Notes under the pieces: generated by a model | Database searches by the model: none | Told to the model about the DNA's origin: nothing | What the model saw: only the letters and a program-made list of their open reading frames with translations | Shown here: piece after piece, positions 22,869 through 33,619 of the stretch | How positions within the stretch are numbered: position 1 is the first letter of the stretch | Layout of the letters: each line of letters starts with the position of its first letter | From: Eledone cirrhosa | Lineage: Eukaryota | NCBI GenBank assembly: GCA_964016885.1 | Contig: OZ024742.1 | Location: 318,370,001-318,434,000, forward strand | Direction: 5' to 3' | DNA length: 64,000 bases | Translations under genes and position numbers: made by a program

Positions 22869-24256
22869 TTTTCTTACAGTATTATAGCGAGATTACTGAG
22901 GTTGTATGAATGTAACAAAACGAGACATGGTTTGTGTGTATAATATTTAATTAACAATGGTAGATAGTATACTTGACATGTCAAAGATGAGGATGTTGTT
23001 AGAATGAAGCAAAGTTAGTAGTTACCGTTTTGATTGCCAGGCAAACGCGGCTGGCAGAGGACGCCTGGCTAAGGCCAGGCGCCTGTTGGCCAAATTAATG
23101 GCGGAGCCCAATGAGAGGCTCTTGACCTGGTGCCGAAAAGGCAAAGAGAGAAAGGAAGCTTAAAGTTGTTAGTTTTATAGGGCTCTGACCGGAAGTTGCA
23201 GAAAGGGTTCCACTTCCCGTCTAGATCCTAATCAAAACAAGGGAGACAACCGCTACAGTATCAAGCGCGTTAAGCTAATATATTTCTCCATTGTAATGTG
23301 TTTTTTGCTTTATTGTTTCCATTTAATTTTTGCATGTATACACACACACATGTGTGTGTGTGTGTGTATATATATATATGAAATTACTCGAAGCGGATTG
23401 CTTCGCCCCGCAGCCCGCCGCGTCGCCGGTTTTGACCGCCATATAGTACCTTTAAATTCTAGGCTTAATCATAACTATTAGCTGTATCATGCCTCCCTCT
23501 TCTGGCACGTAAACAAATCCCCCTCCTGTGTGAATTAATAGTATTCGTTGGTATAGCGATGGCCTAACAGCAATGGCAGACTTCCCGCTAGCACACCCGA
23601 AGCCTAAGACAGCCACATTCCTAGAGTACTCGGAAAAATTAATTTCCATCTATTTCGCTAGACGATATCACTCGGAACGGCTGACACGTGGTTAGAAAGG
23701 GCTGGCCGGAGTCTGCAGTCGTCGCGTGTTATTGACTGCTAAACAAGGGCTTAATCTATTCTCTATATCCCACCCTGAAAACTTATCGAGAATCTCTATA
23801 ATAAACTTAAACGTTTTCACATAAGACTCTCTCTGTAAAATCTTTAACTAAATCTCACAACTCGAACCTTAAACTTTTTTTAATTTTTTAATTCTTTAAT
23901 TTCATCCTATAACTCTCAACATAAGTTTAACGTTCCAATTTTCTGTTCACACATTATACCATACAGACACCCACTATGTTAAGATATAGGTTCTTTGGAA
24001 AAACAATTTCTAGCCTGATTGTAGCATGACCTTAACGCTGACTTTTCTTCTTTCTTTCTTCTTTTTTCTCTTTGACGGGAAGGTAGCAGTACATTATAAG
24101 CTTTCGCCCCCTCACCAGATGGTCATAAGTAGACCGAATAGCCAACACTTGAGGGCGACCGACTAAGGTAGAAGATGCTAGATGGTCGATCGTCCTCTTG
24201 TTTATGATTTTCAGCCCCATGAATTTCGTCTGTTATATTCCTTTGTTATATTTCGA

Positions 24257-24314
24257 ATACCTGATGATATCACCGGATTCATACGGAACCCGGTCATTGA
24301 AATGATCATAGTAT
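24257..24314 (+). ncRNA. Type I hammerhead ribozyme with long stem II
   Basis: AUAC-CUGAUGA-[U-AU-C-ACCGG..UUC/GAA..CCGGU-C-AU-U]-GAA-AUGAUCAU-A-GUAU. It has an 8-nt palindromic stem III and is followed by AATAAA. Confidence 0.72.
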
Positions 24315-24418
24315 AATAAACCTTTCAAGGATTTACACAAGTCCAGCCTCCTGTTATTTTATTATATATATATATAAGAATCTAGCTTCTATAAGTCTCG
24401 GCGGAAGCGAAGGGATAT

Positions 24419-24463
24419 GCAATCTTGATAACCGTTAATGAGCGAGAAACGGCCGTCGGTTGC
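24419..24463 (+). ncRNA. Decayed hammerhead at the tip of hairpin 24394-24486
   Basis: GCAAUC-uUGAUaA-...-GAAA-CGGCCG-UC-GGUUGC, with two core substitutions. The outer stem is AGUCUCGGC/GCCGAGACU. Confidence 0.55.
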
Positions 24464-24620
24464 TTCCCTTTGTTTTTGCCGAGACTAAGTAAGTGACATA
24501 GTCACTACTTTAAAACTCATAGCGAATAGTCTTCAAAATGTTTTAAAATAAACATACAGTATATTATCAAATATACTATACATACATTCATACATACATT
24601 GCTATTTCAGAGCACTGATA

Positions 24621-24674
<54 letters not shown>

Positions 24675-24682
<8 letters not shown>

Positions 24683-24785
24683 GAAGCCAGGAAAATCCGT
24701 CATCACTGATCTACTAGCCATCATAGGTATTTCTTCGCATGGCTAGAAGATCACTGATGACGGATAGTCCTGGCTTCTATTTCTA
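24675..24785. repeat. Foldback hairpin with about 47-bp arms
   Basis: tagaaatagaagccagga..atccgtcatca.tgatct.ctagccat is followed by its reverse complement. One arm contains CTGATGA-C-GGA-TAG-TCC. Confidence 0.75.
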
Positions 24786-25033
24786 ATTCTTCTACATTTG
24801 CAACAACACAGCACGCCATTTTTCATTCCTATATATATATATATATATACAAATATATTACACAGAGAGAAGTGTGTTACACAGTGAGATGTGTGTAAAG
24901 AATTATTACATGTGGGTTTAACCGTTACTGTATGGAAAACAACACCTACAGGTTAGCAATTAGATAGAAAGAACCCTAAGTCAGAATCAAATCTCCGAAG
25001 TAGAGTTTTAAATTACTAACCTTAGAACTATAA

Positions 25034-25111
25034 GCTTGCTGATACGAATTTATTTCGTTTCGCCACTGAAATGTGTAGCGTACAAAACCACAGGCTCCTC
25101 AGTCAACAAGC
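25034..25111 (-). ncRNA. Complete canonical type I hammerhead ribozyme
   Basis: GCUUGUUGA-CUGAGGA-GCC...GGC-GAAA-CGAA(auaaa)UUCG-UA-UCAGCAAGC. It has a 9-bp stem I, a 5-bp stem III and a GUA cleavage triplet. Confidence 0.88.
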
Positions 25112-25367
25112 GTGGAATTTCTCGTCACACATCTAGCCTAATGGCCTAATTAACGAGCTCCAAATTGTTGAGCTAATAAATTCGAATGGTTGGGCTGCTC
25201 TCTCTAGCATTTCCCCAATTCATGAGAGCCGTTATTTGATGCAAAGAAAACGTGTTTTCGCCCTCTCTGGGCAGCGTGTATATTTGCGTTCTCTCTTTCC
25301 ATTAGGCTAGATGTGTAGCGAGCAATTCCACGCTTGCTGACTGAGGAGCCTGTAGTTTTGTACGCTA

Positions 25368-25652
25368 GGTGAGACAGCTCGTAGTATAGGGGAACGGATA
25401 AATGAACACTGGCGAGACCTTCAAGATAGTAAAGAATCATCTGTACTCTACCAACATGCTAAAATAGAACATAAGGGTAAATTAGAGAACATAGAAATAA
25501 AAATAGAATCTACACACAGAAAAGACACAATGTTTAGACAAATCACAGAAGCAATAAACATAAAAGAATTACAACCAAAATTTTACAATTATGGACAAAA
25601 TGAAAACACACACGCACATAGAACAAACAACCAACCAGTAACATGTAAATAA
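25368..25652 (+). pseudogene. 5'-truncated GIY-YIG endonuclease C-terminal fragment of a Penelope-like element
   Basis: Open frame GETARSIGERINEHWRDLQDSKESSVLYQHAKIEHKG...FRQITEAINIKELQPKF matches the PLE GIY-YIG pattern (GET.R...R..EH, S.L..H, R...EA..I....P). It has no ATG, so it is missing from the ORF track. Confidence 0.82.
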
Positions 25653-25792
25653 ACAAATAAATAAACGAATATAAACACACACAGACACCCGGATGTGGCG
25701 CATGCGCAGACTGAGCACACAACACACACACAGAAACAAGATGGCGTAGGACAGAACAAAGGGGAGGCACAAAAACAAGAAAATAATCCCCA

Positions 25793-25835
25793 GTCACTGA
25801 AGAGGTCATAGAATGTGTGACGAAAGAACTTTGAC
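25793..25835 (+). ncRNA. Minimal type I hammerhead in the 3' UTR of the GIY-YIG fragment
   Basis: GUCA-CUGAAGA-G-GUCAUA(gaaug)UGUGAC-GAAA-GAAC-UU-UGAC. Confidence 0.72.
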
Positions 25836-26035
25836 AATATATGAACAACCATCTGGTTGTGGAACCAACCGGAAATTTATAAATTCCTAAATTTATAAAT
25901 TTATTATAATAAATTGAAGTGAAAGCAACTGGTACGTGTGTTTCTTATTGGCAACATGACCCTCCCAAAGTATAACAATATCGGTTTCAACACACGTCTT
26001 CAGATAAAGAATCTTGCTAAACAAATTCAGAAACG

Positions 26036-26100
<65 letters not shown>

Positions 26101-26727
26101 TGTTTTCTTAGTTATCTGATATATTTTTTTAGAAGTGTTGATCAAATTGCTAGGCACCCGCCGATAAGCTACATCTACAATATGGATTCTTCACTTATTA
26201 TAGCGAAACGTACTCTTATTTGAGCATGTCCGGGTGTTATTGTTATAATCGAATGGTTAGTATACTTTAATATATTCTTTTTATTGATTTATATTCACCA
26301 TTCCTTCGTAGGTAATATGTTCGTCACTCTGGTAGTTTTTGATACCCTATGATTGAACACATATCTCTATGTGAACTCTCTATATGTTGATTTATATATA
26401 TATTCCTTGAGCTCTCTAAATTATAGGGGATTAATGTGAGTTAACTCCGTTTTTTAATATATATATATATATTATGGAATACTGTTATATTATGGAATAC
26501 TGTTGGCTTTTTGCTACAATGTTTTCTATACCTTTCATTTATATATATATATATATATATATATACAGAGAGAGAGAGAGATGTATGTATGTGAGTTGTG
26601 TATAACAGAATCTGTACTCATGGGACGCTCCAATATTGGAACAACTTCATCATATCTTATCGCTCTATATCACACAAATGCCAAACCACAGTGTTTTCCT
26701 GTTATTCAGGTTAACTGTTAACAAGTT

Positions 26728-26803
<76 letters not shown>

Positions 26804-26904
26804 ACATCCCAAATAAAGGAGTGATGACGTATATGCTCTTTTATACCTTACACCACATTCCACACTACCAAATCTCATAGACTATAGAGTGCAATGAAAT
26901 GGAC

Positions 26905-27100
26905 TTCCGTCGGTTTCGACGATGGGTGTCTCAGTTATTAGATCAACGTGAGGGTACTCGTGTAATTAACGTGCAAGTGGGTGAACATTCCATAGACGCG
27001 TGTACTCTTAACGTAATTCTCAGAAAGATTCAACGTGAATTACAGGTACAGTCCATCCAACAGGCTTCCAAGTAGTTTCTGTCTACCTAATTTCACCCAG
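26905..27100 (+). mobile_element. Nin-domain-like cephalopod SINE fragment
   Basis: cggtttcgacga..aattaacgtgcaagtgg.tga.ca.tcca.agac.cgtgtac.cttaacgta.ttctc. Related pieces lie at about 5060-5260, 6490-6605(-), 50720-50870 and 62320-62410. The family name is from recall. Confidence 0.6.
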
Positions 27101-27977
27101 AACACAGAAATACTGACCAATCACTGATAAATTTAATCTAACATTCTAACGATTCTGCCAATTTGGCGCCATTATCTACCACGCATCAAATAAACTCAAT
27201 CTGCATTATTTCTCCAGACACAGCCCCAGACCTGTCAACTCTACCCGTCCAACGCGAAGAACACCCTCCCACTTATGGGTGGCTGAGAGCTGTCTTCTCT
27301 TGTGAAAATGGGTATAGCTTTCATTATGTAAAATCTCCTCATTTTGCCTCATTTCTCCCCGTGTTTTCTTCTTCTTCTTCTTCTTCTTCTTTGCCCACTT
27401 ATTCGTGGAGGTGGGGCAGAGTCCTCAAACACTCCTTCCAGCATGTCTTGTCAGAAGCAACCGTCTCCGACTGAATCCCGAAACGAGACCAGCCGAGCTC
27501 ATGTATGTTATCCAACCACCTTTCTCGGGTTCTACCCCTGGGTGTCCTGCCAGTTGGTTTTGCCTGTAAAATCTCTCCAGGTTCTCTTGTCTTGAGAGTT
27601 GTTAACATAATCCCATCTCCAAGAAATGTGATTTCTCTCTTCTTAACGAGTACCAACTTGTTAGTGTCGTATCCAATGGTTATTAGATGAGTAGATTAAA
27701 ATAAAACACCTAGATCCGCACATTGCATTCGCTGATCTACGTTGGTAAAATCAATTCAATAAAGCTCGCGAAATTATAAACAGGTTCACGGGCCATTAGA
27801 AGAGAATTCTAATGTTTTATCTATGTTTCTTCGTCAGAAATAAAGATGACCATCCACCATCGGCTTTTACATAACTGTGGATTGTTTTGTTTATTAACCT
27901 TCTTCAAAGACAAATCTATTGGTTCCCTCCAGCTGCAATGATCTCCTGTCATTGAGAACTTTAACGAAAGCTAGGAT

Positions 27978-28147
27978 CAGTGCTGGATTTAAGACAAATG
28001 TGGCCCTGTGCTAGTTAAATTATGAGACCCCGTACTTAGGCTCTGAAGGAGATAATAAAGATTTTTGGTAGGAAGATGACCCCACCACCCCAGCCAACGG
28101 AGCCCTGTGTTTAACCATACCTAAGCATAATGGTAAATCTGGTACTG
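27978..28147. mobile_element. Short MITE (hAT-like)
   Basis: cagtgctggattta / taaatctggtactg ends, with diverged 8-bp flanks gctaggat / gctgggag. Confidence 0.5.
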
Positions 28148-28744
28148 GCTGGGAGGGATGCTGCTGCTCTTGACATCAACAAAGCCTTTAACCATGTCTA
28201 GCGCAGGCCAAGAAGCTCAAGCGTAGTGGCTCAAACTGCTAGAAATACCAGCCAAATCTCTCTCAAACGCCATCGGCTGAGTCCCGTCAGTGGGATCTGT
28301 CATTCAAAAAACAGAAAAAATAATTCCCCAACAAGAAATATCGACTCTCTTTTAGTACCGTCTCTTTTATTACCAAATTTCTGGCAAATAATAACTCTTG
28401 GATTACTTTATTCTTCTTTTATAAACCAAACGTAAGCTTACAGTAAAACTTAAGTAGAGTTGATTCTTTCAGTCGTAACGAAAATTAGATTGTATAATGT
28501 GCCTTTTGCATCCTTGTTGTTGTTGTTGTTGCTGCTGCTGTTGCTGCTGCTGCTACTACTACTACTACTACTACATTTGGCACAAGGTTCGCAATTTGAA
28601 GGGAAAGGGAAAGTCGATTAAATCGACTCCATTGCGTTTCTGGTACTTTATTTTATCTACCCAGTAATGATGAAAGACAAAACTAACTTCGGCGGGATGT
28701 AAAGAGCTGACATTTTTTTTTTCTGGCGTGGTTATGTATATACA

Positions 28745-29155
28745 TACTAGCTGACGTACCCGGCTTCGTCCGGGTAAACAGATGATAAGGGAAGACCGGT
28801 AGAAGATAAAACGTCTGTATTGGATGCATCGTCTGGTTTACAGTATAAATGTGTTTTGTGTGTATAAACCAGCGTTCGATTCAGAAACGCTGGCCATAAA
28901 ACACGATCATCACTGACAACGAACGCGCAGAGAGAATCCCTTATGGTTGATCTCTAACCTGCTAGAAGTAGCAGTCAGTTTGGTTAGCATACCTGGGATA
29001 TTTTTCTTCTTTGATGTTATAAAATAAGTATCAAGAAACCTTCCTGGATATACCCTTATTCCATTGCTGTACTTACTTTTCAATTGTCACTTTTTGTTTT
29101 TGTGTGATGTGCGAAGGAACTAACGAACATCTCTCTTTTATATTATGTATAGATT
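28745..29155 (+). mobile_element. Helentron/HINE-like non-autonomous remnant
   Basis: Starts actagctga..acccggcttcgtccgggt (hairpin) and ends ctcttttatattatgtatagat. Confidence 0.45.
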
Positions 29156-29731
29156 TCTATAGATCATGTATATTTATATTTAAAAAGAAGTACTGCAGTT
29201 GTAAATATCTTAACCCTAATCAGTTTCTGTTTAAAAGACCTTTTTTTTTTTTAAATAATAATAAATAAAAGCATTTGTTTTAGAAAATTCCAAGACAAAA
29301 ATCCGAAGTTTATCATTTAAATGACAGCATGATAATAATAATTGTTTCTACTTTAGGGACAAGGCCAACAATTTAAAAGGGCGGGGGTCGATTAAATCGA
29401 CCCAGTGAGTGACTAGTACTTTATTTTATCGACCACGTAAGGATGAAAGGCAAAGCTAACCTCGGCAGGATATGAACTTAGATCGTAAAGGTAACTCTAA
29501 GCCACAAAGCACGGTGTCCGACGCTCTAACAATACTGCTATTAATAATAATAATAATAATAATTTACCTTTTTTTTTAATTATCGAAACAAATAAGTTTC
29601 GTTTTAGTGTACTTTTCTTTAATACTTGTACTTTTAAAATGAAATTAATTTTACATATACATAAAGTGTTAAGTATATCTTCTTTTCAAGGATAAACATT
29701 TCATTACAAATTCATACATGCATTTATATAT

Positions 29732-29915
29732 CAGACCTGCCAACCTCTAAAAACCCAAACATGGAGTACCATGAAAAAAAGTGACCCAAAACGGGGAGAA
29801 ATGAGGCAAAATGAGGAGATTTTACATAATGAAAGCTATACCCATTTTCACAAGAGAAGACATGTCTCACCCACCCCAAGATCTCTTCGTCGGACGGGTA
29901 GAGTTGACAGGTCTG
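29732..29915. mobile_element. MITE with cagacctg.caac TIRs; truncated inverted copy at 27227-27368
   Basis: cagacctgccaac / gttgacaggtctg, with TA-rich flanks. Confidence 0.7.
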
Positions 29916-30081
29916 ATATATATTTTTAAAAAGTTAGCATTTGTAATGAAATTTTCATTCTTGCAAACAAAATAGATTTAACACTTCCATTGGTAGTTCA
30001 AGAAAGTTAAGCATTTCATTTTTTTACATTCTCAAACGACATATTACCAAAATTACCCACATTGAATAATGGGTAAAAGTA

Positions 30082-30762
30082 CAGGGTGTTCCGATAGTCT
30101 TGTCACCCTCTACCAAAAAGTACTGAGAAACAGTTTATGTTCCCATCGCAGTATCGTCCTCTTCGGAGGAGCTGGTTTGCCGAATCTTGCAGTGAAGTCA
30201 TGTCGCACATCCTTAATGCTCTTAATAATAATTGTTTCTACTTTTGGCACGAGGCCAGCAATTACTCCAGTGCATTACTGGTATTTTGTTTCATCGACCC
30301 CGTAAGGATGAAAGGCAAAGCTAACCTCGACGGGATTTGAACTCAGAACGTAAAGGGCCATAACTCTATGCTGCAAAGCATGGTAGCTGACGCTCTACCA
30401 ATACTGCCAACTTAATAATATTTATGCCACAATGCACACGATCATGTGTCCATACACTTGCAAGCAGCCGCTCTTCCAAACTAGGAGCTCGTGTCAGCCA
30501 TCTGAAAGAGAAAATTATATTATTATTTTTATATATTATAATTAATTGTTTCTACGTTAGGCACAAGGCCAGCAATTACGCAGTGCATTACTGGTACTTT
30601 ATTTTATCGACCCCGTATATTATAATTAATGATATTATATATTATATTATTAAAATAAAAAATAATTGTTTCTACTTTAGGCACAAGGCCATCAATTACC
30701 CAGTGCATTACTGGTACTTAACAATATGTGACAAGGGGTGACAAGACTTTCGGACCACCCTG
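30082..30762. mobile_element. Tc1/mariner-type MITE with nested SINE pieces
   Basis: TA-flanked TIRs cagggtgttccgatagtcttgtcaccc / gggtgacaagactttcggaccaccctg. Confidence 0.75.
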
Positions 30763-31029
30763 TACAAGTTTGCAGTCATACATTCTCCATGATGTAGATT
30801 AGGAATATCTTGATAATATATTTTTTAAATAATTCAATATTTTATATACTTTCATTATTAGGGGTCGATAAAATAAAGTACCAGTAATGCACTGGTGCAC
30901 TGGGTAATTGCTGGCTTTGTGCCTAAAGTAGAAACAATTATTATATATAGTTCCATTCGTTAATGCTTTCATTTACCAAATACTTTCCATTTGTTAATGT
31001 CATAGGCTAAACATAGACTCGGTAATTTG

Positions 31030-31505
31030 TTCATTTTCTAGCCTGTTGTGTTCGATACGGTTGGAGGAGTTAGGCCGTTGACAACAAAGTTCTTGTCGTT
31101 GGCGGCTCACCTTACTGAGGTGTTGGGTGATGCTCGTGTGGGTGCTTGGTTGTTCCAGCACCTTAGCCTCGCGATCACCTTGCCTTATCCAGATTTCAGG
31201 TGATGTCCGTGAGGGTGCTTGGTTGCTCCAGCACCCTAGCCTCGCGATCACCTTGCCTTATCCAGATATCAGGTGATGCCTGTGAGCGTGCTTAGTTCTT
31301 CCAGCACCTTAGCCTCACTATTAACTGGCCTTACTGAGGTATCAGGTGATGCCCGTGAGGGTGTTTGGTTATACCAGTACGTTAGCCTCGCTATCACCTG
31401 GCCTTACAGATGTACCAGGTGATGCCTGTAAGAGCGCCTGGTTGTTCCAGCGCCTTAGACTGGCTATTACCCGCAGTAACGTTGCCAGTGTTTTGGCTTG
31501 CCTCA
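31030..31505 (+). mobile_element. CRE-like 3' end expanded into a 73-bp minisatellite (about 5 copies)
   Basis: caggtgatg recurs at 31197, 31270, 31343 and about 31417. The last unit reads AWLFQRLRLAITRSNVASVLAC. Confidence 0.65.
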
Positions 31506-31839
31506 AAAAGTATTACAAGGTTTCGGCACCCTTCTTTTGTTTAAAAACTATGCATTATTAAGAAAGTAATGGGTGGTGGATTGGCGGTAGAGGATCGGAC
31601 GCCATGCTTTGCAACATAGAGTTACGGCCCTTTACATCCTGAGTTCAAATCCCGCCAAGGTTAACTTTGCCTTTCATATTTACGGGATCGATAAAATAAA
31701 GTACCAGTAATGCACTGAGAAAATTGCTGGCCTTATCCCAAAAGTAGAAACGATTATTAAAAAAGTAATGGGGAAATAAAATCGGGAAGATGAGCACTAA
31801 ACTGTAGTTATGAAAACAAAACGGATTGGTCACGCCTGG

Positions 31840-32005
31840 AAAGGCTTTCACAATAGGACTGCTCACTAAAGATTGACCAAAGACTAAACAACAATAACAA
31901 GTGGATGAGATTCTTCTTATAGGAGGCTCAACGGTTTCATATTCACGGAAACCTCTCCCAGCTTTCAGTTCTATCAACTCAGGTGTTGCTTCTATCAAGC
32001 AGTTA
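31840..32005 (+). pseudogene. Possible heavily decayed HSP70 fragment
   Basis: QVDEILLIGGST at 31898-31933 resembles the HSP70 motif IDEIVLVGGST. A downstream SIN..G.A piece follows, with stops and deletions. Confidence 0.4.
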
Positions 32006-32679
32006 TCTCCGTTTGACTCTCAACTTTCGCGGCATTAATTTTCTAATTGATAAAAATCGTAAAGATAAGATAATTAATTTCGTATACCGTGGAGAGTGGA
32101 GTGGTGTGTCTAACGTTTCGGCGAGGGCCTTTCTTCGAAAAAAAAAAAAAATCTCATTGGTATCTTTTCAGTATTCATTCAATCCGACACAGACACGCGT
32201 GATAATCTAACAGCCCTCTCCGCCCCCTTCGTTCCTGCCTCAACCTCAACATCTGTTAAACCTACGCATTTTTTATGAATGGAGAATTCAAAAAATATAT
32301 TGTAATGGAAAACATAAATACCGAGTTACATTCACGCAGTACCAAAAATAAACATAATGCACGGCAAGACAAAATAAACTTTAGGTAGTTCGGAAAAAAA
32401 CCCCACCATATCCACTACTTATATCACGTACACGTTTACCTGTGTATATATATATATATGTGTGTATGTGAAATATAACTATGTATTGTCTATGCGTCGT
32501 TACACACACACTGTCCGACGGTGCAGTTCTTACACACACACATGTAAACATATATATATATATATATATATATCAAAGGTAACCCTATGGGGAAAATATT
32601 GTTTACGTTGCGGTATAAAAACATAAAAGTGCTCAATGCAACTTTATGTTGGAAGTAGGTGAAGTGTTATAAATGTTAA

Positions 32680-32740
<61 letters not shown>

Positions 32741-33199
32741 GAAAGGTATAGAAATTGTTTTAGCGATAAGCTAATAGTATATATATATATATACTTTTAG
32801 TAACAGACACGTGGTTTACTTAAGTTATGAAATGTTTGGTTTAAGCGCAAAAACAAATAAACTTGAAAATGTGATGAAAAAGATGAAAGTAACATTGTTT
32901 TGTTTTTTTTAAATGGAGGAACGAAAATGAAATAAAACAACTCCCAATAACGGCAAAACGTATACAGTATAAGTGTGCTTTCAGGTAAACTAGTGAGAGA
33001 GTTGTAATAAAGATATGTGAGTGAGTTAACGTATGAGTATAGCAATACACAATGATAGGACGGCGGGACAGACTGTTACGTCCCACATATACACGCTTAC
33101 ATATTCACAAGCATACACACAACACCTAGGTAAATAGAGGTATATATTCGCTACGTACAATCTATAAAAACTACACTACGACTTAACTGAGAAAGTAGG

Positions 33200-33619
33200 C
33201 CAGTCTGGGACCGTGTAGGGTACCCCTTGAGAGAGTGTGTGTGTATGTGTGACAGGGAGAGAGAAAGAGAAAGACATTGCGGGGGATGACATATTGAAGG
33301 TGTAAAAAGGACGGTAGAAACGGAAAGAAGGATTACAAATATTGAACAAAGTTGGTTTTGAGATACTACACAGAGCTCATCAGCAGGCAAGCCCGCCACT
33401 AAGTGTTATTGTGTGTGGATATATATACATATATACATGTATATATTTATTATATTTTAAAGATTTTTCTTCTTATGTTATTGTTAATACTTTGTGGACG
33501 GATTATTACAATATCATAACTATTTCGGAGGAATATATGAAGCATGTGGAACCCTACCCATGTACAATTCACAGGTAAGAAGGGAACATTTATCAACTTT
33601 TTGGTTTCTTATGAAAAAG
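33200..33619 (+). other. Candidate first exon of a second gene
   Basis: Non-repetitive stretch with two strong donors, cacag|gtaaga (33574) and aaaag|gtaagt (33620). ATGs lie at 33537 and 33545. No partner exon was found downstream. Confidence 0.3.
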
